Shown: piece by piece, positions 1-11,800 of the stretch
Numbering within the stretch: the stretch's first letter is position 1
How the letters are laid out: every line of letters starts with the position of its first letter
Virus record (IMG/VR): IMGVR_UViG_3300039037_000056
Coordinates: 1 to 54,085 of that record
Strand: one strand, 5' to 3'
Length of the DNA stretch: 54,085 nucleotides
Origin: a virus
Lineage: Duplodnaviria; Caudoviricetes
Program-made: the position numbers and the translations under genes
The notes under the pieces: generated by a model
What the model saw: the letters and a program-made list of their open reading frames with translations, nothing else
The model's database searches: none
Told to the model about the DNA's origin: nothing

Positions 1-1
1 T

Positions 2-205
2 TTGATTTGATCGGGATCCATTGATAAACTCCGTGAGAAGGGACTTGATTTCATCTATATCTTTCCGCATTTCATCAAGTTCTTGTTTTTGACGATCGCG
101 GTTAGATCTCATCTTAACATACTCATTATAACCAGTTGTATCAGTATTGACAATTGCACCCGTATCTGTGCGATACAGGTGCTTATGATCTTTTACTTTC
201 TTCAT
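2..205 (-). CDS. Conserved cyanophage hypothetical protein, 3' end runs off the window (MKKVKDHKHLYRTDTGAIVNTDTTGYNEY...)
   Basis: Read manually. The ATG at 205 overlaps the TGA of the upstream gene and the frame stays open to the window edge. Coiled-coil-like C-terminus. Confidence 0.65.
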   Translation of the reverse strand, partial: MKKVKDHKHLYRTDTGAIVNTDTTGYNEYVKMRSNRDRQKQELDEMRKDIDEIKSLLTEFINGSRSNQ

Positions 206-3200
206 CAGGCAAGAGCGATAACTCTAAAGTCTCTAAACCTTGGTGCTCTCGCTTCGTTTGTTCCACTCATAACAATTTTGATTCTAAATCCATTAAACTG
301 GGCAAGATTATCAGCACTGAACTGATAATCTATATATTCACCATCTGCACTCGCACGAGTGAAAGCATCTGGTTTACCATTATTGAGAATAGAATCAACC
401 ACCTCATCACCAAATCCATCACCATTCGTGTCTGTAAGATTGTCAAATCCAGGGAACAATTCAAACGCCTGCTCAATACCATTAGAATCAACTCTGAAGA
501 GTTCATAAAGAACTCTAAAGTCTGCTGAAGAATGACGATAAGAAGAGACAATGACCTTCAGAGAGGTTGCAGGTTGTGCAAGATCAGTTCTTCTGGAGAT
601 ATAATATCCGGTGTGTGGATCTTCAGTGATAGAATTAACTCTACCATCATTTGCGTAATCTGAAATTGGATTGTTGAGTCTATTCCTTCCAAATCTGAAA
701 TTGGATCCTTGAAGATCAATCGTTGGGGAAAGATTTGAGTCTGATGTGTTCATGCTGACTGCGAGAGTCAGAGATTTACTATTTGGAAGACTTGAAAGTC
801 TAGTCGTCTCATTAACTCTAGAAGCAACAATCCTTGGAGTTGCCAATGGATTTGAATTGTTTAGAGATACATTTTCATATCCTTGATCAATGAACGAAAC
901 TTCAGAACCACCAGCACTAGTTCCAGATACTGTTCTGATTTGAGAAGTAGCGTTCGTGCTTGTAGATGGTGTGAACAGATTGATTCTTGGTGTAATTTCG
1001 TCAAACTGAATATTGTTAGATGAGAATACTACCGAACCACCAACACTATTTTCATCAGTGAAACTGAGTTGATTATCTCCAGTTGTTCTTGATCCACGAT
1101 CAATCTGCAGATGATATGTATCAAAGTCTCTAGCATTCTTCAAAGTAGAATCACTTGGCATATTATGTTGCTTATTGATTCTATGGAGAGAAATACCATT
1201 CAATTCATAAGTAAAGATTTGATCATTAAGATCATGAGATCTCTTAAGGGAACCATCAATTCCTCTTGTTCCAATTCCAAGTGTTCCGGCACCACCAGCT
1301 CCGGCAGTGATGGAGTTATAGTAAATAATTTCGTTATTTACTTTGGCATAACCAGTAGAAGTAGAAATACCTTCAAACGTTGCGAAGAGTGATGTATTAG
1401 CAACGGAAATCGTTGTATCACTTAGTCCGAGTGCAGCGTTAAGTGTAGTTGGTAATGTATTTGGTTCAATGTCTGCAAGAGTAACGACATTGTTGTCAGC
1501 GTGAAGACCGTGATTACTCTGCTCCACTTCAAGAACTCTTCCGTCATACAGATTACTGATAACACTAGAGTTTCTAATAGTTGTGTTTGCGTAAGATACC
1601 GCAACATCAGAGGAACTGTAAACAACGAGTGCTTGACCTGATGTAAACTCTTCACCCTGAACATCAGTCAGATACAGAGTGTCTTTTCCTGTGATGTTTT
1701 TAACTGAGAATTGTGCTCCACGTCCTCTAGCAACATCGGATGTTGTGATTCCGAGAACATCACCAACAACATATCCATTACCAGCAGTTGTTACGTGTGG
1801 ATTTCCATCAAGTGTATTGCTAGAGATTGTAACAATACCAATAGCACCAGATCCAGATCCAGTGATAGAGTAGAAATTAACTCCTGTGTAGGTTCCGTTA
1901 CTATATCCAGCACCCACCAAGTTGCTTGTTGTATTGGCAATATTACCACCAACCTGCTCAATGTTACCACTGATAGCAGCAGAGGAGGTATTATCACTAA
2001 CTTTCTTACCAATGGTAAGAATACTATCCATTGCAGAAGTAGTTGTAATACCAACTTTCAGTTTTCTTGGAAGAGTTCTAACTGGATTATTTGGAAGTCT
2101 CGCACTCAAATCACTTCCATTTTCAAGTGATGGGTTGAAGAAGTATGCAATTCCAGGATCCTTAACAAAGTCTGCTTTATACAGATCAAACTTTATGTCT
2201 TCAAATTGACTTGCTGTCCAAATCGTTCCATTCTGGGACTTGAATAAACTTCCTCCAACATACTGTTTTGTAACAATAACACTCTCAGCATCTGGAAGCG
2301 TAGCAGCATTAACAGTTCTTTCACCCATTCTCGCTATCCAAACTTCATAATCAACTGAAGATGGAGCAAGAAGAACGAAACAATACTCACGATCTGGTTC
2401 TAAGTAAACTGGTGATGGGAAAGTAATTGTAGTCGCAACAGATGCATCTGCAGAAGTTTGAATGTCTTTTGGTTCAAGAGTAACCTGAGAATACTCAGTT
2501 ACAAGTTCAGCAGTTGGTGTTCCCAACTCAACAGTTCTAAGTTCACATCTAATTTTTTCATTTTCATCCTTAGAAGCAAAATAGACATCAAGTTTAGTTA
2601 AGAATGCACCCGTTTCATCAACAGTAAATGATTGTGCCAGAGGATCGTAGAATTCAACGATATTAGTTTGTCTACGGAATGTTTCAACAATTCCACTGGT
2701 AGTATATGAACCTTCACCACTACTAATTCTCAAACTACCAGGTAATGGTTCTGCATTAGTAGAACTAGAGGTAAGTTTGAATGTTTTTCTACCTGTTGTA
2801 AATCTGACAGCAGGTGGTGGAGATGCAAGTGGATTTCTGAAGAAGAATGAACCAAGTACGTCACCGAATGTATCTGTAATCAGTCTTATGTCAGATACTT
2901 TTGCTTGTGCTCCACTGGTTTCGCCAAGAAGAACCATATCTTTTACGATACGTCCATTGAACTTGCCGAGTACATCCTCCATCAAGGAATTGATATCAAT
3001 GTTTAATACTGTTGAGGATGCAGAATATACTGATGGGAGAGTGACACTTCTATTGTATGGATTCAGACTAAAAGTATCCGTTGGATTGGTAATAGGACCT
3101 CTCTTATGATTTGGTTGACAAATTCTTACAGAGAAGAGTTGTCTAGATCCAACAAATCCTTTAACTGTTTCTCCATTACTAAACACACCAGAAGTCATTG

Positions 3201-6200
3201 ATACTTCAATTAGTTTTGGAATAATATCCAAATCACTACTACTATCAAAGAAATGATAGTGTCTAGCAAGTGGTCTCAAACCATTACCAACAAATGCCAC
3301 ATTTCTAGATCTAATATGCGTATCTGCTTCTGAAGATGTCTGAGTGATAGATTCATTTCTTACAACTTGGCCGCGGCGACGAGCACTAGCAACTCTTCTT
3401 CTAGTTGTTCCACCTTCAATAACAATCGTTCTAGTCCAACTATCTTGGGAAGGAGAGATTACAACTCTACCTCTAAATTCGACCATATTGAATGGGTTTA
3501 CATTCTCAACTCTAGAAGCTAGAGGTTGTCTAATCCAAGATTTGTCGCTATATTTAAGTGTGATGAGATCGCCTGTTTTTTGAACATTTGGATCAAGGAG
3601 ATCAAAATCCAAGTCGAACTGATCATCAACAGTATTTGCTGCTGCAACCTCTGGTTTTAAGGAGAAGTAATCAACAGGAGTTTTCAATTCGTTATCTTCA
3701 ATGCCTGCTTCAGAATCAGACCCCATTCTTTGATTATCTGCAAAATCATCCACAAAGAAACCTGACTTAAATCTATCAAGTCCATCAGCATCTCTAACCT
3801 GCAGAGTTCTAGTATCAAGTTCAAGAAGAGAGAGTGAGGTAAGTGTTTCTAAATTTTCAACTCTATCTTCAATCTTTCCAATATCCCTCATCGTATATCT
3901 TCTGTTGTCAACTAATGTCAACACTGCATCAGAAGGATTGTAAAGATATGCTGGTAGTTCAATAGTACCAATTTCCATCATGTCTGAGGAAATTTGTGGT
4001 TCTTTAGGATCTTCAGCACTAGTTCCTTTGATTACTGAGATATCACCTTGTGCACTGAAAACAACTTTATCAATTCTTGGAAGATAATAACTATATCCAA
4101 CTAAAGAACTTTCATCTGGTGCAACCAATAAAGTAGGATTAGTCCCTGTTGTAGCAAAAGTTCTTGCTGTATAGTCAAAAGGTGAAAGTGATGTAGAGGT
4201 AAAATCGGATACTCTAGGTCTAAAATCCAAAGTATCAGAAGATCTCAACAAATCTGCAGGTGGAATATCATCTTTGAATCTTGCCGCGTCATAAGAATTG
4301 ACAGTATAAACATCACCAGTATCATTAGATGGCACTGTATAATGATTGTAGATAATCAGAAGTTTTCTTGAAGGAACGTAATTACTCTTTTCCTTACGAA
4401 CAATTCTAGAGTAATCATAGAACTGTGGTTTTACTCCTTTATCAAGAGTATAATTATTAGTTACATCAGAGTAATTTCCAAGACCAATAACTTGTAATGG
4501 TGCAATTATTCCAGATTCTTCAAAAGTAACGTTTTCCCCAACTGTGAACTTATTGTCAGTCAAATATACAATTTCAACTTTAGTTGCTGAAGATCGCGTA
4601 ACAACCTGTGCAATTGCTTTACTTGTTCCACCAACAACTCTCTCACCAAGAATGGAAGACGTGTTTAGAGCAAGACCTGAGGGGAACTCAAGAGAATCCA
4701 GAGTTGGAATTGATGTTCCTAATGATTCATATACGGCAACAACTTCAACGACATCTGGAACATTAAGAGAAATTTCTTTGTCCTGGATTCTAGTCCCGTA
4801 AAAATCACTTTGTGTTGTTGCTGATATAGAAGTAGATACACCTGCTACAGACTTATCGACTTCAACTTTAGTGCTTCTTGTAAATACTTTATCCTTATTA
4901 GTAATACCAATTTTCTTAACGGTGGTGTTTACCGTTACGTTACTGGATTGAGATGCAGTAAGTCCTGTAAAGGTAATAACTTGACCTGCAGAACTGAGAG
5001 TTACTTGATCGCCAGTCAAAGTTTCAATTGTACCATCATTATAGTGAATACTATATCTCTCCTGATCAAAAGATTCAAAGAGACAACTGCTAATACCAGT
5101 TGCAGTTACATTAATAGCTAGAGTTCCAGCAACACTTGTAGATTGCTCTCTTATCTGACTAGAAACTAAAAGGTTGGAAGATCCTAAATCAACGGAAGAA
5201 ATATTTTGCTCTTCAAGAGGTGCGAACAAACCGCCACGCTCTCTAACAACAGGCACACCTAATGTAAATGTTCCTGTGAAAGTAGAACCTGGGAGACTAC
5301 CATCACAAACATTAGTTCTATCCTGCTCAGCAACCAAGGTAACTTGTGTTTTGGCAGCATTGATTGCAGAAACTCTGTTGAAAGTTTCATCACTAGTTCC
5401 AGCGATTTGATATCTAACAATATCTCCAACTTTGATGTTATTGAAGAACTTGCCTGGGCAAGTCATAGCACCAGCAGTGCTAATTCGAACAGTGTCTGCT
5501 ATACCAAATCCAGTGGGAAGTTTTCTTTCAAGAATAGTATCAGCAATAAAATCTCTCTTGAGTTCAGAATTCAGTGCTGTAGAATCTTGATAAATTGACT
5601 TGACATCTTCAATAGTATGAGTTGTAAGACTCGTAATTGAACGAGAAATTTCTTTACTCTCATTAATCAAAAGTTGCTCACCAACCATAAAAGTTCCTGA
5701 TGTCTGCATCAGGGTAATACTAGTTGTTCCACCAGGAGCACTCTGAATATATCCAGAAGCACCACTACTAACACCTCTAATATAAGAACTGACAGGCATG
5801 TCAGCAGTCAGAGTGTTTTCGTTCAAACTGATAGTGGTGTATGTCTGAACATCAAAAAGATATAAATCCCAGGAAGTAGAAAGATCTACTTGAGCAGAAT
5901 CTGTAAGACTAAAGTTATATACTCTTGCCTGACCAATTTCAGTTCCAGTGGCAGCAGTTGTAGAAGTTCCTCTTCTTTGACCCTGAAGTCTTACAATATT
6001 ACTATTGTTATTGACGCCAAACAGTGGGGTTCCCTGAACATTATTAACACGAATTAATGTTCCCATTTCAAATGGAACTAATGCATCCGTTACCGTTTTA
6101 GTTTCTCTAGGTTTTTCAACGTCAATAATTTTAGTAGCAGTATTTTCAACATCATAACCTTTTACATATGCCTTACCTGCGGAAACAGATACTGCCATAA

Positions 6201-7245
6201 GGTCTTCAGAAGGAGTATTTCCTTCATCAGTAGATTGTCCAGAAAAATATACACCTTCAGTTCCAAGTCTGTCGTTCAGACTGTCTTTTACTTCAACATC
6301 AAAACTATCAATGGCATAATTACCAGATTCTTCGTAAGTTCTCTCTGCAAAGTAATCTCTAATGAGATTGTAATTAGACTTATTCTGAAGTTTCTTTACT
6401 TCTCCATTATCTACTCTGAGAAGTTCTACAAAAGTTTTATCATCATTATCAGTTAAAAGTTTCTTAGATAACGTAAGTTTAATTCTTAATCTATCTGCAC
6501 CAGGAGCAGCAAAGTTAGAAAATCCTTTTGCATTATCATATAAAGATTTATCATCTTTTGCTGTGATGATTTCTTCAGTTATGGTTAGACCAACTCTATA
6601 AGATGGTGTATTAGAGTATGGATCTAAAAATATCTTATCAGAAGAAACATCTACAAATGTTCCTCGGATGAAATACACACCAGGAGCAATAGATACAGCA
6701 CTTCCAACTCCAGTCGCATCCTCAGATATCAAAGAAGCAATAGTCTCACCAGCGTTTATAGCAGTGTTTCCATAAGTGAAGGAGTCTTCGGTGATTAAAA
6801 CTTCCCCATCTTGGAAAGGTTCAATTTCGTTATTATCACCTGATTGAGTATATTTTACAAAAATAGTTGGGTTTGTGATACCATTCAAATCAGATACATT
6901 TTCATATCTGTCAACTTTAGCAACTATACCTGATGTCTGTCCTCTTAATCTCTTCCCTACAAGATTTTTACCATATACAGAAATATCAATCCCCAAGTGA
7001 TCTGCGTTTAACTTAACTGCAGGGTACTCGGGGTCAAAGGCGATATTTCCAGGGATCACCATTGATCCCTCTTTAAACATATGACTTCCAAACGATTCTA
7101 TTTGATTCTGCAGAATTGTCTGCAGAGTCGTCAGTTCTCTAGCCTGAACTGGAAATCCTGGTTTGAATAAAACCTTGTAAAAATTATCATCCTTACTGAA
7201 ATCATCAAAATAAGGATTGATATTGAGATTAGTTTTCTGTGGCAT
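205..7245 (-). CDS. vrlC: Large virion structural protein, VrlC-like (DUF4815-type), 2346 aa
   Basis: N-terminus MPQKTNLNINPYFDDF...VLFKPGFPVQARELTTLQ, plus APGADR and DPLAQSF motifs. Lies directly after gp8, as in T4-like cyanophages. Confidence 0.8.
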   Translation of the reverse strand: MPQKTNLNINPYFDDFSKDDNFYKVLFKPGFPVQARELTTLQTILQNQIESFGSHMFKEGSMVIPGNIAFDPEYPAVKLNADHLGIDISVYGKNLVGKRLRGQTSGIVAKVDRYENVSDLNGITNPTIFVKYTQSGDNNEIEPFQDGEVLITEDSFTYGNTAINAGETIASLISEDATGVGSAVSIAPGVYFIRGTFVDVSSDKIFLDPYSNTPSYRVGLTITEEIITAKDDKSLYDNAKGFSNFAAPGADRLRIKLTLSKKLLTDNDDKTFVELLRVDNGEVKKLQNKSNYNLIRDYFAERTYEESGNYAIDSFDVEVKDSLNDRLGTEGVYFSGQSTDEGNTPSEDLMAVSVSAGKAYVKGYDVENTATKIIDVEKPRETKTVTDALVPFEMGTLIRVNNVQGTPLFGVNNNSNIVRLQGQRRGTSTTAATGTEIGQARVYNFSLTDSAQVDLSTSWDLYLFDVQTYTTISLNENTLTADMPVSSYIRGVSSGASGYIQSAPGGTTSITLMQTSGTFMVGEQLLINESKEISRSITSLTTHTIEDVKSIYQDSTALNSELKRDFIADTILERKLPTGFGIADTVRISTAGAMTCPGKFFNNIKVGDIVRYQIAGTSDETFNRVSAINAAKTQVTLVAEQDRTNVCDGSLPGSTFTGTFTLGVPVVRERGGLFAPLEEQNISSVDLGSSNLLVSSQIREQSTSVAGTLAINVTATGISSCLFESFDQERYSIHYNDGTIETLTGDQVTLSSAGQVITFTGLTASQSSNVTVNTTVKKIGITNKDKVFTRSTKVEVDKSVAGVSTSISATTQSDFYGTRIQDKEISLNVPDVVEVVAVYESLGTSIPTLDSLEFPSGLALNTSSILGERVVGGTSKAIAQVVTRSSATKVEIVYLTDNKFTVGENVTFEESGIIAPLQVIGLGNYSDVTNNYTLDKGVKPQFYDYSRIVRKEKSNYVPSRKLLIIYNHYTVPSNDTGDVYTVNSYDAARFKDDIPPADLLRSSDTLDFRPRVSDFTSTSLSPFDYTARTFATTGTNPTLLVAPDESSLVGYSYYLPRIDKVVFSAQGDISVIKGTSAEDPKEPQISSDMMEIGTIELPAYLYNPSDAVLTLVDNRRYTMRDIGKIEDRVENLETLTSLSLLELDTRTLQVRDADGLDRFKSGFFVDDFADNQRMGSDSEAGIEDNELKTPVDYFSLKPEVAAANTVDDQFDLDFDLLDPNVQKTGDLITLKYSDKSWIRQPLASRVENVNPFNMVEFRGRVVISPSQDSWTRTIVIEGGTTRRRVASARRRGQVVRNESITQTSSEADTHIRSRNVAFVGNGLRPLARHYHFFDSSSDLDIIPKLIEVSMTSGVFSNGETVKGFVGSRQLFSVRICQPNHKRGPITNPTDTFSLNPYNRSVTLPSVYSASSTVLNIDINSLMEDVLGKFNGRIVKDMVLLGETSGAQAKVSDIRLITDTFGDVLGSFFFRNPLASPPPAVRFTTGRKTFKLTSSSTNAEPLPGSLRISSGEGSYTTSGIVETFRRQTNIVEFYDPLAQSFTVDETGAFLTKLDVYFASKDENEKIRCELRTVELGTPTAELVTEYSQVTLEPKDIQTSADASVATTITFPSPVYLEPDREYCFVLLAPSSVDYEVWIARMGERTVNAATLPDAESVIVTKQYVGGSLFKSQNGTIWTASQFEDIKFDLYKADFVKDPGIAYFFNPSLENGSDLSARLPNNPVRTLPRKLKVGITTTSAMDSILTIGKKVSDNTSSAAISGNIEQVGGNIANTTSNLVGAGYSNGTYTGVNFYSITGSGSGAIGIVTISSNTLDGNPHVTTAGNGYVVGDVLGITTSDVARGRGAQFSVKNITGKDTLYLTDVQGEEFTSGQALVVYSSSDVAVSYANTTIRNSSVISNLYDGRVLEVEQSNHGLHADNNVVTLADIEPNTLPTTLNAALGLSDTTISVANTSLFATFEGISTSTGYAKVNNEIIYYNSITAGAGGAGTLGIGTRGIDGSLKRSHDLNDQIFTYELNGISLHRINKQHNMPSDSTLKNARDFDTYHLQIDRGSRTTGDNQLSFTDENSVGGSVVFSSNNIQFDEITPRINLFTPSTSTNATSQIRTVSGTSAGGSEVSFIDQGYENVSLNNSNPLATPRIVASRVNETTRLSSLPNSKSLTLAVSMNTSDSNLSPTIDLQGSNFRFGRNRLNNPISDYANDGRVNSITEDPHTGYYISRRTDLAQPATSLKVIVSSYRHSSADFRVLYELFRVDSNGIEQAFELFPGFDNLTDTNGDGFGDEVVDSILNNGKPDAFTRASADGEYIDYQFSADNLAQFNGFRIKIVMSGTNEARAPRFRDFRVIALA

Positions 7246-7248
7246 CGT

Positions 7249-8796
7249 TTAGAATTCCAGGATGATTTTAACGTCTTCTTTTTGTCTTGAGTTTCTGGAG
7301 ATTGCTGGACGATTGTCAATATAGACAATATCTCCCGACCCTTTATTTATCTCAGGATTGGCAATCCCGTTTGTAATTTGGGTGCCAATTGAAATAAGTT
7401 TTGTTCCTGTTGGGTTTGTAGTAATACCAGTAAATCCAGTATCAATAGAACCCGAGAAACCTCCAGTGGTGGTGACTGCGTTTGAATTTGAAGCAAACTC
7501 ATACAGTTTACCGTTAGTAGAAACACCAACATAATCTGTCTGATCAAATGTAGTTTGATTCAAGAAAGCATTCCTATCTTGGAAATACTTCAATACTTTA
7601 GTTTCATTATCAAATGAAGCAACAAAACCAACTGCTGTTCCGCCCGTAACACTTTGACTAATTTTATCACCAACAGATACTGTTCCAGTAACTGAGGTAA
7701 ATTTCAATGCTCCTAATGAAGAGAATTGATTTTCATCAAATACTGTTGTAGATCCAATAGAAGTTGGATTTTTAACAATACCGATTTGTGCGAAAGTTAC
7801 ATCAGTTGGAAAATCTCTTGTAGAATCATCAAATCTTGCATAAACAAGAACCTTATCCGCACCAAGTTCCTTATAAAGATCATGACCATGACCTTTTGAT
7901 GGTGGAATAATTGGAATCAGTTTTGCTTTAGTACTGGAGTTAGAATTAATTGATCCAAGATCAACAATTCCATAACTATAATTTTTTCCACCAGAGGAAA
8001 CTACAGTATTTGTAATTTTACCGTTGACATCTACATCAACGATAACTTTACCACCAGTGCCATCACCTAAAATATTAACTTCATGAGAACCTTGAGAATA
8101 TCCTAATCCCTGTTGGTCAATATATACTTTCTTAATCTGATTCTCATTAGTATCAGAATCACCATTATTTCTAACAGCAACTATCTGAGCATCTGTTGAT
8201 GTAGACCAATTGTTAGGAAGTGAAATATATTCAGTAGAATCAAACTTGATAATATCACTTGGAGATACTGTGAAAAGATATTTCCAGACATATCCATCAC
8301 CACTTACACCTGCTTTTGATGGTTCAAGGTCAGTAAAAGTTGGTTCATCAAGAGAAGCATTTCCTGTTGTACTAATTCCAGAAGAACCATTATCAATAAC
8401 AGTATACACTTTGAACTCACTATTCATTACATAGTAGTTCGCATCATAAAGTCTTGCAGACTTTGTGGTGGGTGAGAGATTCTTGAGACTGTAATCGTGA
8501 CGATACATCTCATACTTTGTCCCTCTAGTCCAATCAACTCTCCTTATCAGTCTTCTGACATTAGCAGAGGAGACTTTTTTACCAAAGGACATATTGTCGC
8601 CAATAAAATTGGCATAATCAATATTGTCAGTGGGACTAGGAGTATTTGTGTCCCAGTCTGTAGTTCTTCCAAATCCAACTATGGAAGGATTGGATAGACC
8701 AACAAAAACATAGTAAGAGTTTGCAGAACTAGTGACGGAATCTACAAAGTTTCCCGCATTTAATATTCTAAACTGATCGGTTACAATTGCCGCCAT
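7249..8796 (-). CDS. gp8: Baseplate wedge subunit gp8
   Basis: MAAIVTDQFRILNA start with YYVMNSEFKVY, DGYVWKYLF and C-terminal YIDNRPAISR..QKEDVKIILEF. Start moved to ATG 8796, downstream of a late promoter. Confidence 0.88.
   Translation of the reverse strand: MAAIVTDQFRILNAGNFVDSVTSSANSYYVFVGLSNPSIVGFGRTTDWDTNTPSPTDNIDYANFIGDNMSFGKKVSSANVRRLIRRVDWTRGTKYEMYRHDYSLKNLSPTTKSARLYDANYYVMNSEFKVYTVIDNGSSGISTTGNASLDEPTFTDLEPSKAGVSGDGYVWKYLFTVSPSDIIKFDSTEYISLPNNWSTSTDAQIVAVRNNGDSDTNENQIKKVYIDQQGLGYSQGSHEVNILGDGTGGKVIVDVDVNGKITNTVVSSGGKNYSYGIVDLGSINSNSSTKAKLIPIIPPSKGHGHDLYKELGADKVLVYARFDDSTRDFPTDVTFAQIGIVKNPTSIGSTTVFDENQFSSLGALKFTSVTGTVSVGDKISQSVTGGTAVGFVASFDNETKVLKYFQDRNAFLNQTTFDQTDYVGVSTNGKLYEFASNSNAVTTTGGFSGSIDTGFTGITTNPTGTKLISIGTQITNGIANPEINKGSGDIVYIDNRPAISRNSRQKEDVKIILEF
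7344..7350 (-). promoter_or_regulatory. Putative late promoter (ATAAATA) for vrlC, inside gp8
   Basis: ATAAATA on the minus strand about 100 nt upstream of the vrlC ATG. Confidence 0.45.
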
Positions 8797-8815
8797 TGTT
8801 GCTAGCTTTTTTCTA

Positions 8816-8823
8816 TATTTATA
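8816..8823 (-). promoter_or_regulatory. T4-type late promoter TATAAATA for gp8
   Basis: Exact gp55-sigma consensus about 20 nt upstream of ATG 8796. Confidence 0.8.
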
Positions 8824-8824
8824 A

Positions 8825-11800
8825 CTATCCCAGGTCCTTTCTGAGAGATCCATTGTCTCTCAAACCGAATCCCCGTCTTTGGATAGTGGGGAATGTTGAC
8901 AATCCAGCATCAACTCTCAAACCTGTAACGCCAATAGCGATTGGTGAAGATGCTCTGGTAAATCCAGAAAGTCTACCCCAAGAAAGTGTTCCTTGTGGAA
9001 CGGTCAGACTACCTGTTGTGGTAAGACCCGCGTGCGTGGTAGTAGAAAGAATATTGCAAGTGGCAACTCCAGTTGTTGCAGTTAAGTGGAGATCATTGAT
9101 AATGTAAACATTATCCAGGAATGTTGTTCCGATAGCAACGATTGAATTATCAGAACCATTGATGGATCTTACACCATTACCAACACTGGTGTTCTTAACA
9201 AAGATTGGATAACCTTCCTGAAGTCCTGTAGTGCTAGATGCTGTGAAACTAAACGCAAGTGCAAGAGCGTTTCCACCAGTTCCAACTGCTGTAGAAATAC
9301 CGGTGATTGTTGCGGCAAAACCAGCGACAGCGGTAATTCCAGTCAAAGTTTCAACAGAAAGTGCTGGAGCAGAAACCAGAACCTGTGGAGGTGCTGTGCG
9401 CGTGTATCCAAAACCGGCATTTGTTACGGATGCAGAATTGATAAAGTCATTGACAATAGCGACTGTGCCAGTGGCAGTTGTGCCAACACCAACACCCACT
9501 GCCTTCGGTGCAGCAATCTTAAGTGTTGCTGAACCAGAATAACCAGCACCTTCCTCAGTGACATCCAAGGAACTAATGGTTCCTGTGGCAGAAACTACAG
9601 CAGTAACAGCAGCAGATACATGTTCTGTTGATGTATTTACGAGTAATCCATTAACACTGGTAATATTAATAGAAGATTCATTTTCTTCGTAATTAAAGAA
9701 TTGTGCGTCGTCAACAAATATTTCAGTTGCAGATGCAGAAATGTCTCCAATAACTCTTGCGGTAGGATAAACTTGACCTTCAATAGAATCTCTAGACTTA
9801 TCAACAAGTTCTCCACCAAGTCTTTGATCTACTTTCTTCTTAATCCAACTAAGTGGTTTGAAGTTAGTATCATCAATACCAAGACCCGCATAGATGTTTG
9901 TTTCTACTTTATCAGAATTATTAATGTTGTAAATTGTTCTAGGATCTTGTGCCAGACTATTATCTGTCTTCTGCATCTGCAGAATATCTCCACTTTCAAC
10001 TGAGGTGTTAACGTTAACGCTTACACTATCAGTTCCTCTTGTTCCTCTATAGAAGAAGATATCAATATTATCGTTAGCAGTTGGTGCAGTTGTAAAGACA
10101 ATTGATGTACCACCAACAAATTGATAGTGAACATTAGGTTGTTGAATTACACCATTTACATAGATTAGAAGAACTGCCTCAAGATCAATCACCGAAGAAT
10201 CTGGATTATTCTTGTCAACTTCAAAACTAAGTAGTTCGCCCTTATAATTCAGTGGGAATCTGACACGAGAACCATCGATAAGATCGGAAATGGAGTCAAT
10301 ATAATCAAGTTCGCCAAATTGCCAAGCAGCAAATTTATCATTAAAGATATCCAGAACTTCAAATTCTGGTTCATTTACCATGGCAGGAAGACCTTTGGCA
10401 GTTACAAGACCAACTGCTTTGAACTTATCACCAATTCTAAATCCATATCCATTTCTTGCAATCTTGAAGTTCTTAACCTCAAAGAGGGTGGATCCAATTC
10501 CAACTGCAGTGATTGCAGCTCCAACTTCAACATTAAGAAGTAGACCACTTCCAGTATCAGTTGTTGCACCCTGACCAAGACGAGAAACTCCAGTGATTTC
10601 AAGATTTTCGTAAGAAGGTGAAGGAATATTGATAGTTGGATTAAAACTATATCCAGTGCCTCCGTTTGTGACATTGAATGCAAGAGATCCACCAGCGCCA
10701 ACTGTAACTGTGACAGCAGCAGCGTTACCAGTGTGATTTGGATCAGTGATACCGATGGCAACAGATCCACGGTATCCAGAACCAAGAATGTCAGTAGCAC
10801 CAGCTCCAATAGACTGAATTACACCACCAGAAACAAATGCTGTTACAGAAGCACCAACAAGAGGAGCAATTCCAAGACCCTGAGTGGATCCAAGGGAAAC
10901 AATCATTCCACCTCTTGGAAGTTGATTTTTATTTACATCAGTTTCAGAAATTACAAGGTCATCATTAGAATCCTTTACCCCAGTGAAGACTATATTAGAA
11001 ACACCACCACTTTCAGTGAAACTATAGTTTCCTCCGGTGTTGTTGTCAGTGGTTGGAGTTTGGAACATATTGTTGATGAATACCAAACCGCTACCAGTTT
11101 CAATACCCGTTGTATTAGCACCACCAACAGTCAGACGATAAGTCGCACCAATGCCGGTGAACTGTCTAGTAATATCATCATAAACCTGGTTAGTTGCATA
11201 ATCATTTCTCAGGTATACTCTACCATTGAAAGTAGACTTATGAAATGGAATATTGCTATTGTCAACTAATTCCTGAGTATTGCCTCTAGGCGCTTCAGTA
11301 AAGTGGATCTTACTTCTAGTCATGTTGTAAGAACCACGGAACAATCTAACGACAGATCCGTCAGTATGTGTGGTTGCTAATGTTCCAACATATCCTCTCT
11401 CAGTCTTAACAACATTGAAAGAACCTGATCCTGTAATAGGTCCAATGGTTGTAGTTCCAAGACCAACAGCATTAACTTTGACAAACTCATTATCAACCTT
11501 CAGAACATCTCCTGGTAAAATAGAAGAAATTCCAGAAATACCAAAGTAGGTTGCACCAATAGCAATAGAACCACCATTGTTGCTGAGAGTGTAATTAATT
11601 GGAGTGAATGCCAGAGGAGATCTTGAGACACCATCAATCGTTATCAAAGATTTTTCAAGTTTCTTCTCCATTTCAAGAGTGTGACCATTTCCACTTCCAG
11701 CAGAGTTGAATGTAACTGCTGCACCAGTTTTGCTTGTGGCAAGTTTAAATTCATCATTATTAACCTTAATAGCATAAACCGTGGAAGGAAGAACACTTCC